Source: Nitrospirales bacterium (lineage in GTDB: Bacteria > Nitrospirota > Nitrospiria > Nitrospirales > UBA8639). From it: 64,000 nucleotides of DNA. Below the pieces are notes generated by a model. It was not told the origin of the DNA, searched no databases, and saw only the letters and a program-made list of their open reading frames with translations. A program made the position numbers and the translations under genes. Location: the NCBI GenBank assembly GCA_965203295.1, contig CBDBCZ010000010.1, positions 352,001 to 416,000 on the forward strand. The letters are read 5' to 3'. Each line of letters begins with the position of its first letter. Positions within the stretch are counted from its first letter, which is position 1. Of this stretch, positions 22,571 to 35,459 are shown piece by piece.

Positions 22571-24156
22571 CACTTTAAACGCCGTATACGCATTTATGCG
22601 TACTGCGCCGTATACACATTTATGCGCGCCACTTACCTCCGCATACTGAGGTACGCAACTGGGCTGATTTGAAAATCATGCTGTTTGATTACTGACTGGA
22701 GTAAGTTTTTTTTAGGTGGACATTCTCGTCTGCGCTGTCTCTCCAGCTGTCCCACCCAGTCCAGGAGCCCCATCAGCCGGCTATCTCCCTCGTACCGGTC
22801 CAGGAGCTCCACCAACCGGCTATCTCCCTCGTACCGGTCCAGGAGCCCCACCAACTAGCTATCTCCCTCGTACCGGTCCAGGAGCCACTTTAGCCAACGA
22901 TCCTCACCCCAGCCCCAGAGCCTCATCAGCCAACCATCTTCGCTGCGGCCCCAGAGCCTTATCTGCACGGACATGAGAAGAGGACAGAGGCATGATACCG
23001 TCTTTTTCTGCAAGACATGCACGTACCACCCACCACTGCACCCAACCATTTGCTTTGAACGGTACCATGAACTGAGGGCCTACGCTGTCCGGTACTGATG
23101 GCAGCTGATGGATTCCTCAACCTCCCTCTTATGAACATATGTCTGTACCCTTGTATTATCAGTAACATAATATGGTGTCTAGCCTCCACTAATACTCCCT
23201 CGTCCCAACCATACAGCAAATCTGACATAATAATGGCTTTCTTACCGATCTAGCATGGTCTTCTGCATGGAAGATGGCTGTGTCTGAGCTGACCTGCAGT
23301 AAATAATACATAACAGCGTTAGTTTTACGCTAGAATGGCTTTAACTTGCTATAGCGTCGTTAGCACAGCCAACTACGTACTCGAATGATGTCATAGCAAC
23401 ACACGCTAAAAAACTGATGGGTATTTAGGGCTCTCTTTTGCCCTTTCTCCGCTGAAACTAGTAGCTATTCCAAGACCTTACTCCAGAATCTCTCTTCATC
23501 CCTTTTCAAACACACGAGCACATTTTAAGAAGCAAACTACAAAATCTGGCGGCATTTCTACTCACCTCCATATGGCTCCCGCCTTTCTCGCGTTTGTCAC
23601 CTCCCTTCCACTCTTATTCCTTGCTCTTTCACGCCAGAGTGCTTCTTGCTTGTAAAATAAGTTACTACTTCACTGTTTTGGGCCTTTTACAGAACGAAGA
23701 AGGCCCTACAGAGCGCCTGGAGAGGTCGCGTAACTGTACTTAATTACACTAACATGCACTTCCGCGTATTCAGATGACACATCCGCTTACACGACATCTC
23801 CGTGCAGACTGTGTCATATGCGTAGTCAGAGTAGCTCGGATGCTGAGCCATCCACTTACTCATTACTCAAACAAAATCAAATGTAGCGACGAAAAATCCT
23901 GGCCGCTTGCTTTCACAATCACGCATAGATAATCAGAAAATCTCTCCCGCTCGCTTCCAGCAGACCACAGATTCCGGTATCAAATACAAAACGTTGAGAA
24001 GCCTTGAATGAACATGTATCCGGTATTACTACTCCAAATTTACATAGCCCTTTATACCCGCTGTGCACGCGGGCCACTTTAGTGGCCTTCTGTGTGGGCT
24101 ACGCACGAAAAATAATTGAATACGGGCCACTTAAGTGGCCTCCTGCGTGCAATGAG
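22571..24156. mobile_element. TTAA-bounded segment with two dissimilar piggyBac-type ends and degenerate coding-like interior including a 39-bp repeat (22761-22885)
   Basis: Left TTAA|cactttaaacgcc with duplicated gcatttatgc; right gcgtgcaatgag|TTAA with duplicated ggccactt(t/a)agtggcc; ends match only 8/13. Confidence 0.5.
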
Positions 24157-24649
24157 TTAAGACTGTACTAAGTCATGCGTTCAAATGTCTGCTATGCGAG
24201 TAGTCAGAAGCTTTTATGAACTGTACTTGTTATACTCGGGCGTTTTTATCATCAAAATGAGTAATACCATACTCTAAGATTGCTAGAAGGCATTGAAATC
24301 GGCAGGCGGCTGAACAGCAATAATTTGTTCCAATTGTTTGTTTCTTCTTTCTTCTACCAGGCTAACACAATAGTAGCTACAGCTATGACAGTTATTCTAA
24401 TACAAGCAAGCATACCTCTTCTCTCACTGCCTGCCATTACGTGTTTTTCTATTTAACGTCTACCTTCTATTGTGCAGCTGAGCTGGAGAGTTGCTGCGCC
24501 CGGTTGTATAGTCACAGTGCAACTTACACGTACTGTAGCTATTAAAATGATTATGCTTATTCACATGCCTGATTTTTTTGGTTGGTGTGGCTAATAACTT
24601 TGAGGGAGAAAAAACCAACAGTACATTCAAAACTGACAATAAAGCATAA

Positions 24650-25360
24650 AGGCAGCTGCTTGGGCAGCTTAGCTGACCCTACGAAGAGACCTTCCCCCAT
24701 GTGCATGCAGGTGATGACCTTTCTGATGCTGACTGGTCGAAACTTATACTACACACAACATCCTAAAACACCTTCCATTCCAACACCATCCACCATGCAC
24801 ATAATCATCTACAACTGCACATTTGTTACCACATCCCAACAAGTTACAGAAAAAGCACTTGCTAATGAGTGCAAAAACAAGTCATGTAGGGATGCACTTC
24901 CACCAAGAATACACTTCTCCAAAAACCAACGAAACAAGTGACAATACAATACTGAAATGCATGCAGACTACCCACACATCAGTGCAATGCATTTACTGCT
25001 ATCATCCCTACATCTTTCCAACCACACCCACCACAATCTATACCACACCCCCATACACAACAGCACACCCAATACTCCCTTCAACACACCCAACTATCCA
25101 CAATCACCATCAATCATGTCACCTTGTCTCTATCCCACAATCACCCTTACATCTTATCCACCATCATTACATACTACACGAAACACGACACCCCACACTG
25201 CAATCAACCCAAACCTTCACAGGAATACTATCCCCATCAAAATGCACTTAGTTCCACGAATCCCACATTCTACATTCATAAGCACAAACCAATGCACAAT
25301 CAGCACTTTCAGCTACCTTCCACAACCATAAATATACTCAGTCATTAGCAATACACACAC
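24650..25360 (+). repeat. CA-rich interspersed repeat, copy 1 (unclassified)
   Basis: Aligns by eye to reverse complement of ~31900-32590 (e.g. caagtcatgtagggatgcacttccacca); short fragments at 25405-25460 and 31596-31675. Confidence 0.75.
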
Positions 25361-25655
25361 ACACCAAATTACATTACCAACTGTTCACATCTCACATATA
25401 CACGATTGTGGTGGGTGGGTTGGAAATATGTAGGGATGGTAGCTACGCAGTAAATGCATTTGCCTCGGTCACTATTGCATTAGTCATGCCCCTCCTTCTC
25501 ACTTTTTTTTAAAACCTCGTAGTGACTCGCATCCGGTCTCTTACCTATACTCCACCTGAAGTCTTGAAAAGGTACAGTGGCAACTGCTGTACAGTTGAGG
25601 CAGACAGGGTGTAAATGTGACCATAATGCATGTACCTCCGGGTACACCTTTTTAA

Positions 25656-26282
25656 CCCTTTATAGCCCATTGCGCATGCGCATTTCATCACGCCATGCCC
25701 ACAATAATTGAATTACGTCACATGCACGTTAGTGATTGCCGTTTCAAGCCTTGTAGCAAAAAATAGGGGAAGACTTGGACTGAACACGCTACAGAACTGA
25801 AGAGAAGAGCTCCCAAGCTTTGATTTGACGTCATATTTAAGCGTGATTCACCGCCAGAAAGTGGCAAGCGGCAGCAAATTCTCGATACCGAACGACAATT
25901 GAATATCGCCGCTACTTACTCTCTCACAACGGCGCCTCGAAGGATAATCCGGACATTCACAGATTAGCAGAGTTATTGTATGATGCAGCTAGATAGTTGT
26001 TGAGCCTCCAGTCTTGATTTGTAGCCTAGATTCTTGAGCTGTACGTTGTCCGTTCGAGTGGCAGGTGTTATTCATTGTAAATTTTCTCGTCAACGGCACG
26101 GGGATGGCCCTGCTTGGTAGCGCTAAAATAAAGTTTTTACTCACTATGACATCAACATTCATGATGGGGATCCCCCTTGAGCCACGTTCTCTCGATCTAA
26201 GTCCATGACGCATATATGCGTCATTGGGCTTTAGGGGCACAATACGCAATGACGCATATATGCGTCAATGGGCTTTAAAGAG
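25656..26282. mobile_element. piggyBac-type MITE, right TTAA lost
   Basis: TTAA|ccctttatagcccatt ... aatgggctttaaagag; duplicated palindrome tgacgcatatatgcgtca; left end resembles that of element 18819. Confidence 0.8.
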
Positions 26283-26613
26283 ACGGGCACATCACAATAA
26301 GACCTGATGGTTTACCTCATCTTCACTCGATTGACCCGCTCTTGGAACCTAAACAACCAAAGCACTTAAATTGAACACTTGGGTTATATAATCATATTCA
26401 AAGCTAGGAGTATTCCTGACTCAGCCTTCCTATATTTGAGGCCCATAGGTATAGTTTTTAAAACATTCATGACAAATGGATAGCATCAAACTTCTACACT
26501 GGAAAGGAAGCTCAGTTCTATTCCAATCATATTTTTACCAGCCGGAGCGCGCGCAAGCGCGCGAACGGATGGTTCTAAGGTTACTTTACGTTTTCCGCGT
26601 TTGTCGGTCTGTC

Positions 26614-26633
26614 CATAGATAATATAAACTATG
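26614..26633. other. 20-bp P-element-like footprint with 7-bp TSD
   Basis: GTCTGTC|catagataatataaactatg|GTCTGTC; same CATAG..CTATG ends and 7-bp TSD as element 50998-52323. Confidence 0.7.
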
Positions 26634-26965
26634 GTCTGTCTGTGCGTTCGCACTTATCACGTGCGCGATATGTTACATCATACGTTACTATGCAACTGCA
26701 GTATATAGCAGCTTTTGGAGGTTTGTAGCCAAGCTACACCAAACGAAAGCAGTTGTGAGTTGCCTAGATGGCAAAAACTCGGTAGGCTGCCGTACAGATC
26801 CTGTTTTGGTGACATATAGCTACTAACTAGAAGCGCACGACGAAACTGCTGCGTCAGCACTTTTGCTGTACTGCGTTGTCTCTACAGATATGCCTACGAT
26901 TTGTCGGCCTGTGACTATACTGTAGTGTAATTACTAATTCGTAGTTCTACAGCTGCAGTATATAC

Positions 26966-29260
26966 TTATGTTGCTGCCGTAGCGCTTACGCCATTGACCA
27001 CGCACCCACATACGCAGGCGGAGCTTGAAAGATCTCCAGTCAGAGGACAAGAGCAACCAGATGTCTCACCATTACCATCCTGATCACCATATAATTTATT
27101 CTTCCTAGTCTCCCAGATTAATAAAATAAAACTCTTAACTAGCCTTAATAAAGCCTTAACACTTAGAACGCCGCATAAAATGACGTCATTTAACGCGTTA
27201 ACGCTGAATAATTAATGAGGCGGCGAATCTGAGTAAAATTTTGGTGCTAATCAATGACTGATGCTCAATTTGTACTAGTTGAAGCCTATAGAAGCTTCAG
27301 ACAAGCTTATAAAAGCGTTAACTAAGCTTAACAGGCATACACAAAACCGTTTATACAAGTAAAAAGCTTAACACAGCTGTCTTTGTCGACCATCCCGGAT
27401 TTCACGGTCATTTGAAGTCGTCCTGATGCCTACCAGGGACTGAGGCGGTGAAAAACGATAGAGCTGAAGTTGATACAACCTTGGGCAGCTACACAAGCGG
27501 CGACAAATCGAACTTACGATGTCTTCAGGCAGTTTTGGACGCTTATCTCGATCGCCAGCCATGGCTACCGTGCCGTATTTCCGGTTGTAGCGCATTGTGG
27601 TTGAAGTGCCTACGCAAGCAAAAGCCACGCACAGACAGGGGAAGTCCCCTGCTGCCGCCGCTGTCTCTGTAGACTCGCTTATCAAAACGTCACACCAAGA
27701 TAAGCGTGACAAATTGGGTAGCGCCAATATATTGGCGTATGGCGTAGTGCGCGTTTCCCGTGTGAGCCAATATATTGGCTCATGGCGCTCAGAGTGTTAA
27801 TTAAAATCATCTTTCCCAATTCTCACACCCTAAAACAAAGCCCGTCCTCTCGAAATTATTGAGTGCACTAAACTCTTCAAAACTTTCACCCAACAGATTG
27901 TCTAAGTCTTTCATGAAAGTACTTCTAAAAGTATCATACGCAGAGCACATGTACCACACTCTCACATTCATCCCCATACAACTTACACTGCCTATCATCA
28001 TTTTTACCCCGATGCCTTCCTAACCCTTCATTCAGACCATTAGTACCAGACCTAAACTTAACCCTTTAAAGTTTAACTAAGTTTAACTTTACTATTTAAG
28101 CCATCATTAAAATCTTTATATTCTCTGCATCTCAATGCTTCATCTACTCTCTCTAAAAACAAGTTTACATTATAATCTTCAGCTAGTATTTCCTGACTGT
28201 CTATATTTAACTGCAACAACAATTCACTAATTACTTTCCTCCAGGTCTTCCTTTGCCTACCCCTACAAGGCTTCTCTTCCCACTCATTGTGTAGTAGTAA
28301 TCTAGGATATCTCTCAGCATTCAAACTATTGACTTTATACCACCACTTAAGTTTGCATCTATCCCTCCTGCCTTTCAAAGATTCTAACTCCATATCCCCC
28401 CTTAATGCTTCATTACACGTTTTAGAAGAGCAGCCAAGCATCTTTTTAGCTGCTCCTAGCTGAATAGATTCCAAGGAAGCTGTCTGCCTTTATTACAAGC
28501 CCATACTTCACTACCATATTCTAAAGTAGGGCGAAGTACCGATACTAACAATAATCTTCTTGCAACTGTATTGATATTCCTATTACTTAAAAACCTATGT
28601 AATTGATTCAGTTTTTTCTTTCCATTATTTATTACCTTCTGTACATGACTATCCCATGAACCATTCTTAGCAAATTCAATCCCCAAGTAACAGTAACTTA
28701 CAACCTCTGGAATGTCTTTATCTCCCCACTTCCATGTACATGCACCTGTATTAACCTCTTTAGAAAATACCATAACAGCACTCTTTTTTATATTAGATTT
28801 CAACCTCCTTTTATTACAAAACCCCTGCACTATATTAATCAAGGTTTGTAAGTCCTCAGCATTAGTAGTTAAACCTACAATCATCAGCAAACATCAGACC
28901 CCCAACCGTAACAACCTTCTTAACAGTAATGCCAATCCCAGCCTTCTCAACCTCATCTAACAACTGATTAATAAAAATGGAAAAGAGGATAGGCGACATA
29001 CTACAACCCTGTGCCACCCCGACCTATATTGAATTGCTCAGATACTTCTCCCTCCAGTAAAACAGCACTCTGTGTGATGTCATACATATTCTTAATAACT
29101 CTCCACATCCTACCCCTAACCCCAAGTTCCCATAACTTAAACCATAAACCATCATGCCAAACTGCTTTCTGAACATCTATGAAAAAAGCGTAAGTGTGCT
29201 TTCCTTCCCTCATTCTACCTTGTACAATTTCATTTAGAGTAAAGATGCTATCAACACACA
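26966..29260 (-). pseudogene. 5'-truncated non-LTR retrotransposon (LINE) reverse transcriptase, frameshifted, split by a MITE
   Basis: AFFIDVQKA, GVAQGCSMSPILFSIFINQLL, LMFADD, YCYLGI, RPTLEYGSEVW; C-terminus resumes left of the MITE (ALLRLVKSFILLIWETRKNKLYG...). Confidence 0.9.
27160..27796. mobile_element. piggyBac-type MITE, CACTTAG family copy 1
   Basis: TTAA both sides; TIR cacttagaacgcc / cactctgagcgcc; duplicated palindrome gccaatatattggc; internal homology to 30652-31275. Confidence 0.88.
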
Positions 29261-29289
29261 GCTGCAGTTAGCTTGGCCTAAGCCGAGTT

Positions 29290-30600
29290 GTGTGTAACTT
29301 ATTGTATTATACGGGAAAGGTGCCCGGCTGGTTTAGACATGAAATGTCAGACTTGTGTGATATATCCAGGAATAATAGGAGCCGCAGCTTCAGCCCAAGA
29401 TCTGAGCCGGGGGCTTCCAACTCTGCTCCTGGAGGTCAAGCTGAGAGTCAGAATTTTGTTAAGGCCTGCCTGTCAAACCACAGGGAGGCCAATGACTATA
29501 AACTTCTGGATATATACAACAGATGGTCTAAACAAGTTCTTGGTAACTACACAACACTGGGTGATGTTTGTGTTAGCAAAGTAACGGGTCTTACTTTAGG
29601 TGAGTATTATGAATTTCATAAACAATATTGGTTCCAGTATCATAATCAACAAACGTGTTTTGAATGATCCTGGCAGGGGAAACTATTGTTTCAATTGGTA
29701 TTGCTTTCACAAGTGTTCAAAAGGGCGTTTCCATCAAGTGAGTATCAATCACATCACGCAAAGAAACAACTCCGTACATTCCAATAGTTTACATCCGTGT
29801 TGGTACACCAGCAAGTTAGTGTTTGGAGTTGCTGGTGATGGAACTGATTCCAGGGGTTAACTGCAGGAAAGTTGCTGAGTTTTTGAATGCACACTTTGGC
29901 ACACAAAGTACTGCAGCCACACCAAACTTAACCAGCCAAGTTTTAATACATCCATAAGGCTAATAAGAATTTATATCGGCCTTTTTATATTAGGCGTTAA
30001 TTTCCGTTTAACTGCTGCAAGAAGACAGTGGAGTCTCCAGAACATGTCCAAGAGGGTAGATCATGTCCAAACATGCATTGAAGAGACTCAGGACTTCTGT
30101 ATGTGCATTGAAGACCTTGCCAGCACTTGTGAAAGAGCAATTCTTTGGACATATGGGATCAGCTGCACTATTAATGACAAAGCTCTAATGACAGTGACAG
30201 TAGCTGTGAGCCTGATGATTTCCCATCACACACGATCCTACCAAGCTCAATTATGGTACCATCAAATGTAATTATTCTAAAGATGCTGTCTGAATCACAA
30301 TACAACTGGTTGAATTCTTGGAACAGTATGGCTGTGATGAGTCAAGTGAGGATAAATTACAATGTGTTTTCTCCAAATATATGGAAGATTCATCCCTGAA
30401 TGCTCCCCAGAAGGAGCTTTTGGAGCACTTTTATGCAGCATACTACATGGACAAAGTCACAAGACGGCTCAGAGATGAAAGAGAAGCAGATGCCATGAAT
30501 GAAATGACTGTCAGATTTGGATTCCGATGATCCAGAAATGTATGTTCAATTGGACCTTCAAAGTGAACATGCAAAAGCCGCTATAATAAAGCGAAAAAAA
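29290..30600 (+). pseudogene. Degenerate paralog of the ORF1/ORF2 gene at 15814-18818
   Basis: VSKVTGLTLGEY vs VSLISGLSLAEY; IEDLASTCERAILWTYGI vs IEDLACIADQALLTRFGI; SQYNW vs SKYNW; DDPEMYV vs DDPGSYV; multiple frameshifts and an internal deletion. Confidence 0.75.
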
Positions 30601-30651
30601 ACAATTTTACATTTTACATACAATTGTTCAACCACCATCACATACCCTTAA

Positions 30652-31275
30652 CACTTAGCCCGCGTCCATTTTGTGACGTAATCTTACGTGTGCGGAATTT
30701 AATTAAAACTAAATTGAATATTCGATAAACCAGCTTATAGGACGCTAGAAACTACTCTATACGTTAGTTGTACTTGAGAAAGCTTAAATTTACTTCAATC
30801 ACACATGCTACAGCTTCAAAAGCTTAACAAAGCTTAACAGAGCTGTAAAAAGGCGGGCTACAATAGGCGGTTCATACTTACCCGAGTAGCTCCACCGATT
30901 TCAAGCGATCCAGTGCCCTGCTAGGGACTGAGGCGGCGAAAGAAGATACAGAAGTAGTCCTGAGAACCTTAGGCAGCCACACAAGCAGCGTGAAACAACG
31001 GTAGTGGCATCCGCGCGCAGTTTTAGGCGCTTGTCTCGATCGGCAGCCATGGCTACGTCTCGTGGTCGATCGTATTTCCGGTTGTAGCGCTTCGTGGTTT
31101 GGAGCTTACGTCAACAAAAGCTTATTATAGACAGGGGAACTCCCCTGCTGACTATCAGTACTAAAAATCAGAGCTTATCAAAACGTAATACAGACGTAGA
31201 AGCCAATATATTGGCCCTCCGCGCTACGCACGTATACTTGGCGGGCCAATATATTGGCCCTCCGCGTTCTAAGTG
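30652..31275. mobile_element. piggyBac-type MITE, CACTTAG family copy 2
   Basis: TTAA both sides; TIR cacttagcccgcg / cacttagaacgcg; duplicated gccaatatattggc. Confidence 0.9.
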
Positions 31276-31699
31276 TTAAGGAAGCATTTCAGGAACTCAA
31301 GGGTTGTCCTCCATCTCAGCAGTACATTGAAGAAGCTGCAAAAAGGTGCTTTTGTTACCAGATGAGGTACGGATGTGGTTTGATCATACAGTCAGTTTCA
31401 GACAACCGTAAATGAGGTGCTGCACAAGCTACGGAAACTCGAAGGAAGAGAAAGGCAGAAAAAAAGCACCAATTGCACTGGTGTTACATGTGATTGGTAA
31501 AGTAATTTATGCATTCTGAGTTATGTAGTATATGTTATATAATAATAAAAGCAGATATGTGATGCCTTTGTAGGTACATGTATAGATAAAAAGATGTCAT
31601 GTAGGGATGCATTTCCACCGAAAAACACTTCGCCAAAAACCAATGAAGCAAGCGACAGTGCACACCACAATGCATGTTGTTTGTATAGGTACTTGGGGA

Positions 31700-32590
31700 G
31701 TGTTTGCTTATAATATGCCTGATTGAGTGTTATGAAGTTGTGAGATGCTTGTGTGTGCAGATTCTTTGTAGGGGAGGTCAATGAGGGTGTATTTGGTAAA
31801 GTGTAGATTGCGTGTTGTAAACTTTGCTGAGTGTGTTGCATGGTTGTTGATGTGGGTTGTGTTTGTTGTGTGTGTAGGTGGCAGTGTGGTGTTGTGAGAA
31901 ATTGCTCTGCTTGGTTTGTGCTTGTGAATGGTGAATGGTGGAGCAAAGTGCATTTTGATGGGAGTAGTGTTCCTGTGAAGGTTTGGGTTGGTTGTAGTGT
32001 AGTTTTGTAAAGTATGTAATGATTGTGGATAAGGAAGTAAGGGTGATTGTTGGATGGAGACGAGGGGTCATGGTTGATATTGATTGTGGATGGTTGGGTG
32101 TGTTGAAGGGAAGTATTTGGTGTGCTGTTGAGTATGGGGGTGTGGTACGGATTGTGGTGGGTGTGGTTGGAAAGTTGTAGGGATGGTAGCTACGGGTAAA
32201 TGTCCTGCACTGTTATGTTATGGTAGTCTGCACATGCATTGTGGTGTGCACTGCCGCTTGTTTCATTGGTTTTTGGGGAAGTGTTTTTGGTGGAAGTGCA
32301 TCCCTACATGACTTGTCTTAGCACTTTTTGGCGAAGTGCTTTTTCTATAACTTGTTTTGGGGTGTTTTTTTGGGATGTGGTAACAAATATGTAGGTGTCA
32401 ATGTGCGTGCACAGTGCATGTAGTATAGGTTTCGATTTGTACCCCAGTGGGCACCAAGAAGGCCTTAGTCTGCATGTGCACGGGGCGAAAGGTCTCATTT
32501 TCAGGGTTAGCTCTGTAACTGGCATGTAAGGTCGCCCTTTTCTTGTCGAAGTCTGTACTACAGCTAGCACGGGAAGCTGCCCTAGCATTT
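31700..32590 (-). repeat. CA-rich interspersed repeat, copy 2
   Basis: Reverse complement similar to 24650-25360. Confidence 0.75.
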
Positions 32591-33495
32591 ATTATGGAGT
32601 AGCTAGTACCGCACTCTATGTTACTGAATTATCTCCAAGGCCGAAGATATGTATTTAATTTTTTAGTGTCACAAAAACGAATAGCCCCCTCCAATAGAGT
32701 AAGTGAGGAGGCAACCGGACGGTACGGGTTTTCCGAATGCGATAAACCTCATTTCCAAGGCTTTTCTGCCTGTTCTATTATTCATAGTAAGTGAACAAAA
32801 GCAGCTCATGATACACAGAAAGGCCTAGAGAACGAGGCAAATTTGTTGCGTGTACGGACAACCCCCTGTTCGGACACCCCTTCACTTATATTGCTACCTC
32901 ACAACTCATCCCATTCTTAAACAGTACTCCTGGCCAGAAGCCGTTTGTACTTGGGCCAACCAACATAATTAGCCTTGTGAGTAAGTAGATTATAGCCAAA
33001 AAAAATTGTGTGACTTCCGCTCAGGAGATGCAGCTCAGGTCCGTACAGCTGGCATGATCAAAGATAGGTGTTATAAGACAAACACGTGCAGTCTGCGCAA
33101 GTCTGGGGCAGTAACTAAAACCCGGAACGAAATGAAACAGTAGTCATTAAATGGCGTAGAACGGCAAGCATCCACTCAAGAGTATTTGTAAATCACTGCT
33201 GAACCCATTTGATTTTTTGAATAAGGTATGCATGAGTGCAATACCCCGGGGAATATCCAGCCTGTTCGCGCTTGAATTATTGTGATCGCTTCAGCCATTA
33301 TCGTGCTAGCCTGGCTGAAGAAAGACAGAAAGAATTGTACGATTAGGCCCCACCCCCTCAGTGTGTCGACTTGCCCTACTCCAGCGAAAATTTCTAGCAA
33401 CGCCAATAGTCCTGTTGCTGATAAAAACACTCGATATATCATGATATGGCTCATAAAATCCTATGACTACAAACAGAGCCGATTTCTAAACGGTA

Positions 33496-34545
33496 TTATT
33501 ACTTGTAGCGGTGCGGCCAAAGGCCGCGGAGCAGAGAGTACTATTTTGGGTTTGTAATGTAATGTGATGTAATGTCGCAATAGGGCACGTAGTGGTTACT
33601 AGTTTGGGTATAAAGTACTCTCTTAAGGCAGTTCTCTGGAGATGGTGTAGTTGGTTGCAAGGGGTAGTTTCTGGGCTGGAGAACTGGTAGTTACAGGATC
33701 GAATCTGGGTAAGGAGTTTTTTTTTGTTTTGCTATCGTGCTCTTGCTATTGTGCTTTCTTTTTTTGTTTTCTGTTGTGTTTTGTTACTATGATCTGTTCT
33801 ATTGCATATTTTGCAGTATGTAATATAGTTAGTACATTCTGGAATATTTCACAGCATTAGCAGTGATGACTTGGTTGTGAGATAATCAGCCATGCCTTTG
33901 GGAATAGTGGGTACTTATTGGGCTCTGTATTTAATTAACGAGAAGAATGATGTGGATTTGCCTTTATATTAGGAATACGCAAGCGAAATATGCCTCGCGT
34001 AGCTTTTTTGCATTATTTGTGCAGGTTGGGTATTGGTGAATTGTGGTCTATATCAGCTTAATGCATGCTGGCTTGAAATATCGTTGCTCATTACGTTGTT
34101 CATTTTGTCCTCCAACCTCAGAAAGCTTTAAAACCAGTTTATAAATAACAATAAGACCTGTACCTTTCTATCCATTAGGATTATGGTGCGCCTCCCTTTT
34201 GGTAGTGACTCGATTTTCGATCGCATATCTCAGCTTACAGTACACCTACACAAACTCTACAAACTCTACAAACCTGGGAGCTGTAGTAAGTCTCCCTTGA
34301 TAAAACTTCCTGACAAATTTGTCCAGACCTCTGACTTCGTGTCCGCCACAACTTCGAAGACGGCACCCAAAAAACTGCCTGAGACGCCATTTTGAACACA
34401 CGCCCTGCCCCCGGGGGAGCAAACCTTATAGCTAGTCGATCGTATGGAGGATAGTTATATATATAGTACATATAAAAACGCTATATAGCTGAGAATGTTG
34501 AGCCCATAGCACGTGATTATTGGCCTCGCTGCGCTCGGCAAAAAT
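33496..34545 (+). mobile_element. Possible non-autonomous Helentron/HINE-like element
   Basis: Starts in a T-rich site with hairpin gcggccaaaggccgc, then (GTAAT)n microsatellite; ends ggcctcgctgcgctcggc hairpin. Similar architecture at 26533-26700 and 61222-61422. Confidence 0.4.
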
Positions 34546-35197
34546 TCATGCAGTGACATGAAATAATGTAGCTGTGAATTGTATTTATATGTAATATAGA
34601 TCTATGTACACGTATACATTATTCTGCGTCAGAATGACAGCATGTCATGAAATAAGTTAGTATGGTTGACTATAATACAATTCTTGAGTAAGTCATTAAT
34701 CCAAACTGTAAATCTATTCAGTGCACTGTGGAATCATGGACAGAACGTTTTCAGTCCTTTATCCTAATGATGATTTTGCGAAAGGTGTTACTCGTACAGT
34801 ACTGATCATTTACATCGCTGTATACCCGACTATGGGGTGGATGTGAGTAATTTTGACGATATTGATGCTATTAATGATACATCCCGGATACTACCGATGA
34901 TGCTGAGGCGAAAGTGGAGGGGGAAGGGTATAAAAGGAAGCCTGCGTGGTAGTTGTGTACTGATTATTAAATGAGTTTGAGAGTGTCAAAGTTCAATTAG
35001 TAGTAATAATGCAGAGCAACGACAGAGAAGCAGATGATAGTCGCAAGAGAACAAGTGTTGAGGAAAGCAAAATCCCGTGTACGAAGCGCAAAAAAGGAGC
35101 TGGGGAAAGGCGTTCCATGTAATGCGTTAACAGCGGACAGGTGGCTGAAAAGCAATTTGATGTGCACTGTGAAGTTCGCCGCTCAAAGCGAGAGTGC

Positions 35198-35380
35198 GGC
35201 GAAAAACCGTAGTAAAAAGGGCAAAGAGAAAGAGTGCCGACCGCAAGGCAGCGAGAAGCCACTCGCTCATGTCGCAAAAGGAAACTGCAGGCGAAAAACC
35301 GCAGTGAGAATGGCGAAGAGAAAGAGCGCCGACCAACAAGGCAGCGAAAAACCACTCGCTCATGTCGCAAAAGGAAACTG
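35198..35380 (+). repeat. 92-bp purine-rich tandem repeat, 2 copies
   Basis: ggcgaaaaaccg at 35198 and 35290; both end ccactcgctcatgtcgcaaaaggaaactg. Confidence 0.85.
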
Positions 35381-35459
35381 GTAGTAACGATTTATAGTAG
35401 TAATAGCAGTATAATTGATAATACTGAGTAATAGTGCAGTCCTGCACAGTGAGAGCTAT

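Noticed and set aside
24582..25348. His/Thr/Pro-rich ORFs
   Set aside because: Open in all three frames because of CA-rich composition; frames not conserved in the second copy.
34915..34945. TATA box (gggtataaaagg) promoter
   Set aside because: Downstream ATG frame closes after ~37 codons; no supported gene.
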